A DNA stretch of 63,909 nt, the filler included, from an uncultured bacterium (lineage in GTDB: Bacteria > Auribacterota > CAZIXI01): assembly GCA_964543115.1 (NCBI GenBank). It is 3 parts of 3 records of this genome, joined end to end, with 100 filler letters (N's around TTAATTAATTAA, not from the genome) between each part and the next. Parts side by side here need not be neighbours in the genome. Positions count along the whole stretch, not along the records: positions 27,282 to 54,216 come from CAZIXI010000012.1; 2 more parts are not named here. One strand, given 5' to 3'. Under the pieces are notes generated by a model that worked only from the letters and a program-made list of their open reading frames with translations, was not told the origin of the DNA and ran no database searches. Each line of letters opens with the position of its first letter. Position 1 is the first letter of the stretch. Shown piece by piece: positions 42,977-51,625 of the stretch. A program made the translations under genes and the position numbers.

Positions 42977-44716
42977 ATGGAACAACCCACACAAAAACTG
43001 GGAGAAATACTGCTTAAAGAAAATCTGATCAGCAAAGAACAGTTAACCAAGGCGCTGAAAGAACAGAAACAAAAAAAAATGGCCCTGGGAGAAGCGCTTA
43101 TCCAGATGGGCGTGGTCACGGAAAGGGACATTGCCGTGGCCCTGGGAAAACAAACCGGCATCCCGTTTATGTCCCTGCAGATCGATCTCCTGCGCACACA
43201 GATTAATGACGAAATAAAGAAAATGATCCCGGAAAAATTCTGCCGGGAAAATCTGGTGCTGCCCCTGAGCAAAGACGAGCGCCTGCTCACTGTGGCCTTT
43301 CGTGACCCGCTGCAACTGGAGACACTTGATAACCTGCATAAAATGACCGGCTGTGAGATCCATCCGGTAATCGCCACAACCACCGATATCAAAGAAGCGA
43401 TAAACGGCGTCTACGGGGAACAAAATCTCCTCGGAGACGCCATCAGCGATACCTATACTTCCGTTCAATCAGAATATGAAATTGTCGGCCAGAAAGAGGA
43501 AGTCAGCCTGGATGAGCTGGTCGCCTCCGCCGAAGAGGCCCCGGTCATCCGGCTGGTGGATCTGATCCTTAACGAATCCATTGAATCACGGGCCAGTGAC
43601 ATTCACCTGGAGGCATTTGATAAATACACCCGGGTACGCTACCGGATTGACGGAGTACTTTATGAGATCTCGCCGCCGGCAAAATATCTATATACCGCCA
43701 TTGTCTCCCGCATAAAAATCCTCTCCAAACTGGATATTGCCGAAAAACGCCTGCCCCAGGACGGCGCCTTTGAAGTGAAAAAAGGCAAGCGCCTAATTGA
43801 TATCCGTGTCTCCACTACCCCCACTATTTACGGTGAAAAGGTAGTTATGCGAATCCTGGACCGCAGCCAGCGGCCGCTGGATTTAAACAATCTGGGCTTT
43901 CGCTCCGAAGAATTAGAGCTTTTCCAGGCCTACATCAAGCGGCGGATGGGCCTGATCCTGCTTACCGGCCCTACGGGCTGCGGAAAAACCACCACCCTCT
44001 ACGCCGCCCTAAATACAATTAAATCACCGGAAAAGAATATTCTAACAATCGAAGACCCGGTAGAATACCATCTGGACGGTATCAATCAGGTGCACATTAA
44101 TCCCCGGATCGGCCTAACCTTTTCCGCCGGCCTGCGTTCATTTCTGCGGCAGGACCCGGACATTATCATGGTGGGTGAAGTGCGCGATCTGGAAACGGCC
44201 CAAATCTGCGTGCGCGCCTCCCTCACCGGCCATCTTGTTTTCAGCACGGTGCACACCAACGATACCAGTACCGCCGTCACCAGGATGATGGATATCGGCC
44301 TTGAACCATATCTGGTTAACTCCTCCCTGATCATGGTAGTGGCCCAGCGCTTGGTGCGCCGGCTCTGTCCCCATTGCCGGGAAGAAATCGTACCAACCCC
44401 GGAACAGATCCAGGACCTGAAAATCACCGCGGAAAAGATCTTTAAGGCCCGCGGCTGTAAGAAATGCCGAATGACCGGTTACCACAAACAATCGGCAATC
44501 TATGAAATCTTAAGTGTTGGCGATGAGCTCAAAGAATTAATCGGTCAGGGAAGCCACCCACACGTAATCAAGGAGTATGCCCGTAAACACGGCATGAAGA
44601 CCCTGCGGGAAAACGCTCTGGCCAAGGTAAACGAAGGTGACACCTGCATCGAAGAAGCCCTGCGGGTAACGGTGGGGATCNNNNNNNNNNCGACTAGTAG
44701 AACCTGTACCCCATAA
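42977..44716 (+). CDS. pilB: Type IV pilus assembly ATPase PilB/GspE (3' end interrupted by N gap)
   Basis: MshEN-like KLGEILLKENLISKEQL, ASDIHLE, RLPQDG, GPTGCGKTTT, TIEDPVEY, LRQDPDIIMVGEVRD, GHLVFSTVHTND. The true stop is uncertain because of Ns at 44681-44690. Confidence 0.93.
   Translation: MEQPTQKLGEILLKENLISKEQLTKALKEQKQKKMALGEALIQMGVVTERDIAVALGKQTGIPFMSLQIDLLRTQINDEIKKMIPEKFCRENLVLPLSKDERLLTVAFRDPLQLETLDNLHKMTGCEIHPVIATTTDIKEAINGVYGEQNLLGDAISDTYTSVQSEYEIVGQKEEVSLDELVASAEEAPVIRLVDLILNESIESRASDIHLEAFDKYTRVRYRIDGVLYEISPPAKYLYTAIVSRIKILSKLDIAEKRLPQDGAFEVKKGKRLIDIRVSTTPTIYGEKVVMRILDRSQRPLDLNNLGFRSEELELFQAYIKRRMGLILLTGPTGCGKTTTLYAALNTIKSPEKNILTIEDPVEYHLDGINQVHINPRIGLTFSAGLRSFLRQDPDIIMVGEVRDLETAQICVRASLTGHLVFSTVHTNDTSTAVTRMMDIGLEPYLVNSSLIMVVAQRLVRRLCPHCREEIVPTPEQIQDLKITAEKIFKARGCKKCRMTGYHKQSAIYEILSVGDELKELIGQGSHPHVIKEYARKHGMKTLRENALAKVNEGDTCIEEALRVTVGIXXXXTSRTCTP
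44681..44690. other. Scaffold gap (10 N)
   Basis: N run between the pilB 3' end and pilC. Confidence 0.95.
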
Positions 44717-44732
44717 ACCATAAAACGGTTTT

Positions 44733-45944
44733 ATGCCAACTTTCAAATATAAAGCGCGCGGCCCAAGCGGCAAAGTAGAAACTAAAGTAACAGAGGCACA
44801 AAGCCAGGATGCCCTGGTTACCCAATTGCAGGAACGGGGCCTACTGGTCCTTTCCGTTGCCAAGACAGACAAACAAGCAAGCAGCGGAAAAACCTACCGG
44901 GTGAAATTCCATAACCGGGTAAAAGCCAAAGACCTGATTATGCTCAGCACCCAGCTGGCCACCACCCTCAAGGCCAATATCCCCCTATTAAAAAGCCTGG
45001 AGATCCAACAGCAACAGGCAACCAGCCGCAAACTCAAAACCGTGCTGGAAGATATCTGCGAAAATGTCCGCCAGGGCCATTCTCTCAAAGACAGTATGGC
45101 CCGGCACCCGAAAATCTTCACTTCCATCTGGCTCAATCTAATAGAAACCGGAGAAACCAGCGGTCAATTACCGGCGGTTCTTCACCAGTTAACCGAATAC
45201 CTGGTAGCCAAAGAAGACCTTAAACGTAAAACCCTTACCGCCATGATCTACCCGGCAGCCATCCTCGTTGTCAGTATTGCCGCCGTTTATATCTTTACCG
45301 TAAAGATTATCCCCATCTTCGCCAACGCCTTTTCAGGCCTAGGCATTGAACTACCCTTGATAACCAGGATAGTGATTGGTGTAAGCGAATTCATGCAAAG
45401 CCACATTCTCCTGACCTTTGTCAGTGTGGGCCTGTTTATCTTTCTGGCGCACCGCTACGGAAAAACCGCCACGGGCCGCAGAGTATATGACAGCCTGCTT
45501 TTCCGTATACCCATTTTCGGCAGCTTCTTTCTCCATGCCTCTATCGAGAAATTCTCCAGCACACTGTGTATCCTCCTACAGAGCGGCATCCCCATCATGC
45601 AGGCACTGGATATTATCGCCAAAATAAGCGGCAATAAAATAATCGAGGAGGCCATACTCAAGGCCAAGGGCGATGTCAGAGATGGTAAATCATTCGCCAC
45701 CAGCCTGGCTCAAAGCCAGATCTTCCCTCCCTTAACTATCAACATGTGCCTGGTGGGCGAAGAAACCGGCCAATTAAGCGACATGCTGGGGCAAATAACT
45801 AAATATTACCGTGATGAAATGAACACCTTTGACGAACGCCTGAGCGCCACCCTGGAACCATTGATCATTATCGTCATGGGCGGTTTTGTCGCCGTCCTGG
45901 TCTTCGCCCTCTACATGGCCATCTTCAAGATAGCGTCAATGTAA
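44733..45944 (+). CDS. pilC: Type IV pilus platform protein PilC/GspF
   Basis: MPTFKYKA, QLATTLKANIPL, GETSGQL, AMIYP, GEETGQLSDML, LEPLIIIVMG. Confidence 0.94.
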   Translation: MPTFKYKARGPSGKVETKVTEAQSQDALVTQLQERGLLVLSVAKTDKQASSGKTYRVKFHNRVKAKDLIMLSTQLATTLKANIPLLKSLEIQQQQATSRKLKTVLEDICENVRQGHSLKDSMARHPKIFTSIWLNLIETGETSGQLPAVLHQLTEYLVAKEDLKRKTLTAMIYPAAILVVSIAAVYIFTVKIIPIFANAFSGLGIELPLITRIVIGVSEFMQSHILLTFVSVGLFIFLAHRYGKTATGRRVYDSLLFRIPIFGSFFLHASIEKFSSTLCILLQSGIPIMQALDIIAKISGNKIIEEAILKAKGDVRDGKSFATSLAQSQIFPPLTINMCLVGEETGQLSDMLGQITKYYRDEMNTFDERLSATLEPLIIIVMGGFVAVLVFALYMAIFKIASM

Positions 45945-45967
45945 CCTCATCTTGATTATAAAACATC

Positions 45968-47800
45968 ATGGACAAGAAAAGAGTTATTACCAAGACAGAT
46001 TTAGCCGCAATTTTATTACTAATAATCCTGGGTTTTATCCTCTACGGCAATTCCCTTAAAAACGAATTTATTTGGGATGATTACAGCCTTGTTGTCCACA
46101 ATGCCTATATAGCAAACTGGCGTTATATCCATAAAATCTTTACCAATAACATTGGCGCCGGAACAGGACAAATGCTTGCTTTTTTCCGGCCTTTCCAGAT
46201 ACTTACCTACCTGATAGATTACACTTTCTGGAAATACAATGAACTGGGCTATCATCTTACCAATATCATTTTGCACATTTCCGTAGCTATCTGCGTCTAT
46301 TGGCTGATTACCTTATTATATAAAAATAAACGTCTATCTTTCCTCACCAGTATTCTTTTTATCTGCCACCCTTTGCATACCGAAGCCGTTACCTACATAT
46401 CGGGCCGCGCCGATCCACTTGCCGCTCTGTTTATACTTTTATGTTTAATTATTTATACCATAAATACTCATCAAAAGAATATTGTCCTGACACTGATTGT
46501 CCCTTTAATTTATATACTCGCTTTATTAGCAAAAGAGTATAGCTTGATCACCCCTATACTGTTATTACTTATTCACTATAATTTGAATAGGAAAATAAAA
46601 TATACTAGTTTCCTGCCTTTAGTCCTAATAAGTTTGCTGTACATAGTATTACGGCTTACTTTTTTGAAGGAGCTTCTTCCTCATAATATTTATTATATGA
46701 CTAGTAGCACTGCGGGGCAAAGATTGCCCGGTTGCTTTGTCGCTCTCTTCACATATAGCCGATTATTAATCCTGCCCTTGAACTTGCACATGGAATATGG
46801 GTCGCCACTTTTTAGCTGGGCTAATCCAAAAACCATTGCAGGTGTATTTTTATTTTGCTTTCTTCTTATCTGCGCCTATAAAAATAGACACCCTCATTCG
46901 CTGATTTATTTTTCTATTCTCTGGTTCTTTATTACCCTTATCCCTGTAACAAATGTATTCCCGCTAAATGCCTACCTAGCCGAGCACTGGCTATACTTAC
47001 CTTCAATTGGGTTCTTCCTTCTTCTAGCCAATATAATAACGCGCACACTCAAAACAGAAAAATACAGGTTTATTGGCCATATTTCTATTTGGCTGTTGAT
47101 CATTTTTTATTCCTCCCTCACCATTAGACAAAATAATTATTGGAAAAATCCAGTTTCCTTTTATAGGCAAACATTAAAATACTCCCCAGATAATCCAAAA
47201 ATGTACAATCACCTTGCTCATTTTTATCGTAATAGACATGACTACAAGCAGGCAATTAAATTATTCAAAAAGGCAATTGTCAAAAACCCCCGTGAATCAT
47301 ATCTTTATTTTGGCCTGGGGCTATCTTACTGCGACATAAATCATTACGAAAAATCAATCCAGGCCTTTAATAAGGCCCTAACTATTGATCCATATTTGGC
47401 CGATGTTTATTACATGCTGGGTTTTGTCTATAGAAAACAAGGTAAACTAGAAGCCGCTATTGCCAACTACCAAAGAGCGATTGAAAATAATCCAACATAC
47501 GCACCCACACACAATTATCTCGGCGTCACTTATTATGAAATCGGAGAAATAGAAAAAGCAAAAAATAAGATTATCAGAGCAATTGAGCTAAACCCTGACT
47601 ATGCAGAGGCTTACAATAACCTCGGCATAATTTTCTATCATTATCATCTGCTAACAGAAGCAGAAGAATTATTCGAAAAAGCAATAGCACTCAATCCCCA
47701 ATGTGCTCAGGCCAAAAATAATCTAGCCAAACTCCATATCAAACAAGAAAAACATACAGAAAATAGCCAATCTAATACAAAGTTGTTAAACCCAAGGTAA
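45968..47800 (+). CDS. TMTC-like GT-C glycosyltransferase (multi-TM, DUF1736-like loop, C-terminal TPRs)
   Basis: FIWDD...HN, FRPFQILTY..DY, YHLTNIILH, HPLHTEAVTYISGRAD, AKE, AEHWLYLPSIG, W.N...Y, then about 5 TPRs. Confidence 0.85.
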   Translation: MDKKRVITKTDLAAILLLIILGFILYGNSLKNEFIWDDYSLVVHNAYIANWRYIHKIFTNNIGAGTGQMLAFFRPFQILTYLIDYTFWKYNELGYHLTNIILHISVAICVYWLITLLYKNKRLSFLTSILFICHPLHTEAVTYISGRADPLAALFILLCLIIYTINTHQKNIVLTLIVPLIYILALLAKEYSLITPILLLLIHYNLNRKIKYTSFLPLVLISLLYIVLRLTFLKELLPHNIYYMTSSTAGQRLPGCFVALFTYSRLLILPLNLHMEYGSPLFSWANPKTIAGVFLFCFLLICAYKNRHPHSLIYFSILWFFITLIPVTNVFPLNAYLAEHWLYLPSIGFFLLLANIITRTLKTEKYRFIGHISIWLLIIFYSSLTIRQNNYWKNPVSFYRQTLKYSPDNPKMYNHLAHFYRNRHDYKQAIKLFKKAIVKNPRESYLYFGLGLSYCDINHYEKSIQAFNKALTIDPYLADVYYMLGFVYRKQGKLEAAIANYQRAIENNPTYAPTHNYLGVTYYEIGEIEKAKNKIIRAIELNPDYAEAYNNLGIIFYHYHLLTEAEELFEKAIALNPQCAQAKNNLAKLHIKQEKHTENSQSNTKLLNPR

Positions 47801-47821
47801 GAACCTTAGTAAAGATCCATC

Positions 47822-47851
47822 TTGACGGGAATATTTCTTCTATGATAAAAT
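47822..47851 (+). promoter_or_regulatory. Promoter of the major pilin
   Basis: TTGACG (47822-47827), 18 nt, TG-A-TAAAAT (-10 at 47846-47851). Confidence 0.65.
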
Positions 47852-48015
47852 GGTCTAAATAAAAAAATTAGGCTTTGCCCGAAAAGGTAGAAGGAGGTGG
47901 TGTCTGGAAAACAAATAAAAGCTCCTTTTCCGGGGGAGAAAGGAAAAGGAGTATGTTACATTTTTGTCAAAAAACAGCACCGCAGCTGTTTGCCCTATAT
48001 AAAAAGGAGGAAACA

Positions 48016-48414
48016 ATGAGAAGAAAGAGAAAAGAACACGGTTTCACGTTAATGGAACTTCTGGTTGTCTTGATCATTATCGGCGTCCTAGCAGCGATCG
48101 GTATTCCTACCTACCTTAATCAGGTAGAAAAGGCTCGGTCCAGGCAGGCAATTGAGATGCTGGGCGCCTACCGGGAAGCCCAGCAAAGATATCTGCTGGA
48201 AACAGGGATTTATTCCGATGCCGTTTCTCGTTTAGATGTTGCCGGACCAGGTGGAGGAAAAGTTTATTGGACTTTTAGCGTCACCGCTAATTCTGGCAGT
48301 ACTTCTTTTACTGTTACAGCAAACCGACTAGGGGATCTAACCAATACTATAACAATAAACGAAGGTGGCAACTGGGGTGGAACTTACACTGATGTAATTC
48401 CGAAGGATGTATAA
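48016..48414 (+). CDS. pilA: Type IVa major pilin
   Basis: SD AGGAGG then ATG 48016: MRRKRKEHG|FTLMELLVVLIIIGVLAAIGIPTY. It has its own promoter and a strong terminator. Confidence 0.85.
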   Translation: MRRKRKEHGFTLMELLVVLIIIGVLAAIGIPTYLNQVEKARSRQAIEMLGAYREAQQRYLLETGIYSDAVSRLDVAGPGGGKVYWTFSVTANSGSTSFTVTANRLGDLTNTITINEGGNWGGTYTDVIPKDV

Positions 48415-48441
48415 TTCCATCCTTTAGTTAAATGTAAAACT

Positions 48442-48482
48442 AAAAATGAGGTTGAACCTTCAACAGGTTCAACCTCATTTTT
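48442..48482 (+). terminator. Intrinsic terminator after the pilin
   Basis: Perfect 18-bp stem AAAAATGAGGTTGAACCT-TCAAC-AGGTTCAACCTCATTTTT. Confidence 0.85.
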
Positions 48483-48498
48483 ATAACTAGCTAACAGA

Positions 48499-49977
48499 AT
48501 GCCTTCAGCTAAAGTCTTATTTAATATACTTCTAGTTATTTCTCTGTTGCTTGTTCTGGCTGTCTTCATCTCTTTGCAGTACATTAATCCCTATCTTCAT
48601 GGGGTTGACGGCTATTATCACATCAGAATACCTAGTTTCATTAAAGAGTACGGCCTGGACTATGAATTTTCCTGGGCGCAATTCTCCACCTTTAGGCATA
48701 CTTTTTCTGATAAAGAAATCCTCTTTCATATTCTGATTATTCCATTCACCTTACTGAAAATCGGCATCCACGCGCAGGCAAAACTCGCTGTTATTTTCTT
48801 TATCCTCCTTTTATTACTTACTTATCTGTACGTTCTTAGAAAATATGCCACCAGGCCCATCCAGATATTGGCGCTACTCGCCTTGCCGCTTTCCACGCTG
48901 TTTATCACCTACGCGAATTACCTGCGGCCCAAGACCATGGCCATCAGCCTGATTCTGCTGCTGCTGGTTTTTCTGAGTGAAAAAAAATATCTTGGCATCT
49001 TTATTATCTGCCTGCTTTACCCATTGACCCATATTTCCTTTCCTCTAGCCATGGTTTTTGTTCTGGGCACGGAAACATTGCGATATTTTTATCGGCGGGA
49101 ATTTGATGGCCGAACCATTATTTATTCCATCGTGGGCCTTGCCCTCGGCACCTTCCTCCACCCCAATTACCCGGATAATCTTGTCTCCCTGCATCTCAAC
49201 GCCGTCCTCGTACCGTGGAATACTATGTTTGGTGACCTGCAATTGAATTATGGGGTGGAATGGAACCCGGCAAATACCCGCGCCGTGGTACTGGATTTCT
49301 TGGTACTTATTACCGGATTAGGCACAACCTTTTATATCCTCCTCTTACGCAGACCCCAGATAAGATTCGCAACAATTGTCTTCTTTTTCGCTACCAGCTT
49401 CTTTTTTCTCCTTTCCATGTTCTCCGTAGCCTACTGGTACTTAACCTATCCCCTGGGAATATTATTCCTCGCGCTATTTTTCTCTGATTATCTACACGCT
49501 AAATCTCAATTTTTAAAGACCTCTTTCCTTTGCATTAGTGTCCTGCTTCTCAGCCTGAGTGCTTTCTTGATCTATAAATCGGGCAAATTAGCCGATAACA
49601 CAACAGCCCACCTATTAAAAAATGCCCATTACGAAAGGATGGCCCGCTGGATGGCGGAGCACCTACCGCCAGGAAAGACCATCTACCACAGCGGCTGGAG
49701 CGACAGCCCCTATTTTATTTGTTTTAATCCCAAAGATTACTATTTTGTCGTTCTAGATCCTATCTATATGCATTATTACAGCAAAAGCGTTTACGAGCAA
49801 TATTCCAACTTAGCCTTGGGAAAATACGATAATCCTTATGAAGTCCTTAAAGACAGCTTTCAGGTAGAATACGGCTATACCCGCAAGGAATACCCTCTTT
49901 ACCAGCAAATAATCGATGATGACCGCTTCCAGATCATTTTTGAAGACAACGAAGGCCTTATTTTTCGTCTGTCTTGA
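48499..49977 (+). CDS. Multi-pass membrane protein, probable GT-C (ArnT/PMT-like) glycosyltransferase
   Basis: About 11-12 hydrophobic segments, first-loop D motif HGVDGYYHIRI, LRP motif, GVEW.P, C-terminal soluble domain (ARWMAEHLP..DPIYM). Confidence 0.6.
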   Translation: MPSAKVLFNILLVISLLLVLAVFISLQYINPYLHGVDGYYHIRIPSFIKEYGLDYEFSWAQFSTFRHTFSDKEILFHILIIPFTLLKIGIHAQAKLAVIFFILLLLLTYLYVLRKYATRPIQILALLALPLSTLFITYANYLRPKTMAISLILLLLVFLSEKKYLGIFIICLLYPLTHISFPLAMVFVLGTETLRYFYRREFDGRTIIYSIVGLALGTFLHPNYPDNLVSLHLNAVLVPWNTMFGDLQLNYGVEWNPANTRAVVLDFLVLITGLGTTFYILLLRRPQIRFATIVFFFATSFFFLLSMFSVAYWYLTYPLGILFLALFFSDYLHAKSQFLKTSFLCISVLLLSLSAFLIYKSGKLADNTTAHLLKNAHYERMARWMAEHLPPGKTIYHSGWSDSPYFICFNPKDYYFVVLDPIYMHYYSKSVYEQYSNLALGKYDNPYEVLKDSFQVEYGYTRKEYPLYQQIIDDDRFQIIFEDNEGLIFRLS

Positions 49978-50028
49978 AACAGATCAAGTTTAGAGCGCCT
50001 TTCAAAAAACCGAAGACTTTTTTCCTCC

Positions 50029-50058
50029 TTGACTTTATCACCCTTCTAGTGCTATTCT
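50029..50058 (+). promoter_or_regulatory. Promoter of the second pilin, probably leaderless
   Basis: TTGACT (50029-50034), 18 nt, TG-C-TATTCT (-10 at 50053-50058), 7 nt, ATG 50066. No SD. Confidence 0.55.
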
Positions 50059-50065
50059 AATAGCA

Positions 50066-50497
50066 ATGAAAAAATTCCCTGGTTTTAGTTTAATGGAATT
50101 GTTTATTATCCTAGTGATTATCGGGATTATTGCCGCTCTGGGTGTGCCGAATTTCTTTAGGCGGGTGGAACGCACGCGCGGGGAGCGGGCCGTTGCCAAT
50201 ACTCAGCTTATTGCCCAGGCCCTAAGAATGTATTATGTTAAATATAATCAGTATATCGCTGACCTGGCCAGCATAACTGAAATTAATCAATACCTGGACC
50301 TGGATATAGAAGACCCTTATTTTGATTATTCTGTCGATGACTCGGCAACAGCACCGGATGGCGATCCCCTGCAGGAAATAACCATCACCAGAAACAGCGG
50401 TGTCTATAACACCAATTACCTCTATTACCTGATAGATATAGACGGTGATCCGGAAGAATGGGATTCCAGTTCCACCTGGCCCTGGACACCAGAGTAA
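50066..50497 (+). CDS. Second type IV pilin (PilE-like)
   Basis: MKKFPG|FSLMELFIILVIIGIIAALGVPNF. Confidence 0.85.
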   Translation: MKKFPGFSLMELFIILVIIGIIAALGVPNFFRRVERTRGERAVANTQLIAQALRMYYVKYNQYIADLASITEINQYLDLDIEDPYFDYSVDDSATAPDGDPLQEITITRNSGVYNTNYLYYLIDIDGDPEEWDSSSTWPWTPE

Positions 50498-50536
50498 GAA
50501 GTACACACTTAAACAGTATTTACTAAAATAATCTAT

Positions 50537-51598
50537 ATGAAAATTGAAGACCTGTTGTTTCACATGATCGATAGCGAGGCCAGTGATCTGCACCTCTGTG
50601 TGGGCCAGCCGCCGGAACTGCGTATTTTTGGGGAGTTGGTGCCCACGGAATACGACCTGTTAAAAGAGGAAGATATTAAGGCCCTGGCCTATAACATCCT
50701 CACCCCGGAACAGCAGCGCACCCTGGAACAAACTAAGGAACTGGACGGTTCCTTCGGGCTGAAGGATATCAGCCGCTTTCGCCTCAATATTCACTATCAG
50801 CGCGGCACAATGTCAGTTTCCATCCGGCGGATCTCCTATGAAATCCCTGCCATGGAAGACCTGGGACTGCCGCCGATCCTGAAGGAATTTGCCCTGCGTA
50901 CAAACGGACTCTTCCTGGTCACCGGGCCGGCGGGCAGCGGTAAATCCACCACCCTGGCCAGCATGATTGATTATATTAATCAGACGCGCAAAGCAAGGGT
51001 AATTACCATTGAGGATCCCATTGAATACCTGCATACTCATAAACACTCAACCATCATCCAGCGGGAAGTAGGAGAAGATACCCTCTCCTATGCCGGCGCC
51101 CTGAAACATGTGCTCCGGCAGGACCCCAATATTATCCTGGTAGGGGAAATGCGGGACCTGGAAACCATGCAGGCCGTGTTAACCCTGGCGGAAACAGGCC
51201 ACCTGGTGCTTTCCACCCTCCATACCCGGGGAACGATTCACGCCATCAACCGGATCGTGGATGTCTTCCCCTCTTACCAGCAGCAACAGATCAGGGTTCA
51301 GCTTTCCATGGTTCTGGTGGGAGTACTCACCCAGCAGCTGCTGCCGCGGCTGGACGGCAAGGAACGGGTACTGGCCTATGAATTGATGAACATTATTCCC
51401 TCAATCAGAAACCTTATCCGGGAAAATATCCTCGTCCAGATTTATTCCTTCCTCCAAACCGGCAGTGAATACGGCATGTGCACAATGAATCACAGCCTGG
51501 TACGTCTTTATAAAGAAAGACTGGTCAGCAAAGAAGAGATCTTTAAACGGTCCGATAAAACCAAAGAATTGACAAGTCTGCTCAATTTGACCCTGTAA
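50537..51598 (+). CDS. pilT: Twitching motility retraction ATPase
   Basis: ASDLHL..G.PP, RFRLNI, GPAGSGKSTTLA, TIEDPIEY, QREVG.D, LRQDPNIILVGEMRD, AETGHLVLSTLHT. Confidence 0.93.
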   Translation: MKIEDLLFHMIDSEASDLHLCVGQPPELRIFGELVPTEYDLLKEEDIKALAYNILTPEQQRTLEQTKELDGSFGLKDISRFRLNIHYQRGTMSVSIRRISYEIPAMEDLGLPPILKEFALRTNGLFLVTGPAGSGKSTTLASMIDYINQTRKARVITIEDPIEYLHTHKHSTIIQREVGEDTLSYAGALKHVLRQDPNIILVGEMRDLETMQAVLTLAETGHLVLSTLHTRGTIHAINRIVDVFPSYQQQQIRVQLSMVLVGVLTQQLLPRLDGKERVLAYELMNIIPSIRNLIRENILVQIYSFLQTGSEYGMCTMNHSLVRLYKERLVSKEEIFKRSDKTKELTSLLNLTL

Positions 51599-51625
51599 CT
51601 AATACGGGCTTTGCCCGCGCAGAGT

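Noticed and set aside
42247..43392. 381-aa antisense ORF over pilQ/pilB
   Set aside because: Shadow frame of well-supported genes, with low-complexity composition and no motifs.
47852..48015. c-di-GMP-I (GEMM) riboswitch in the pilin leader
   Set aside because: I could not find the GGCAAA...GAAA...GACGCAAAGC core. An Rfam scan would be needed for other families.
47875..48015. 47-aa N-terminal extension of the pilin given by the ORF track
   Set aside because: It starts at TTG without an SD. ATG 48016 has a perfect SD and yields a normal short type IVa leader.
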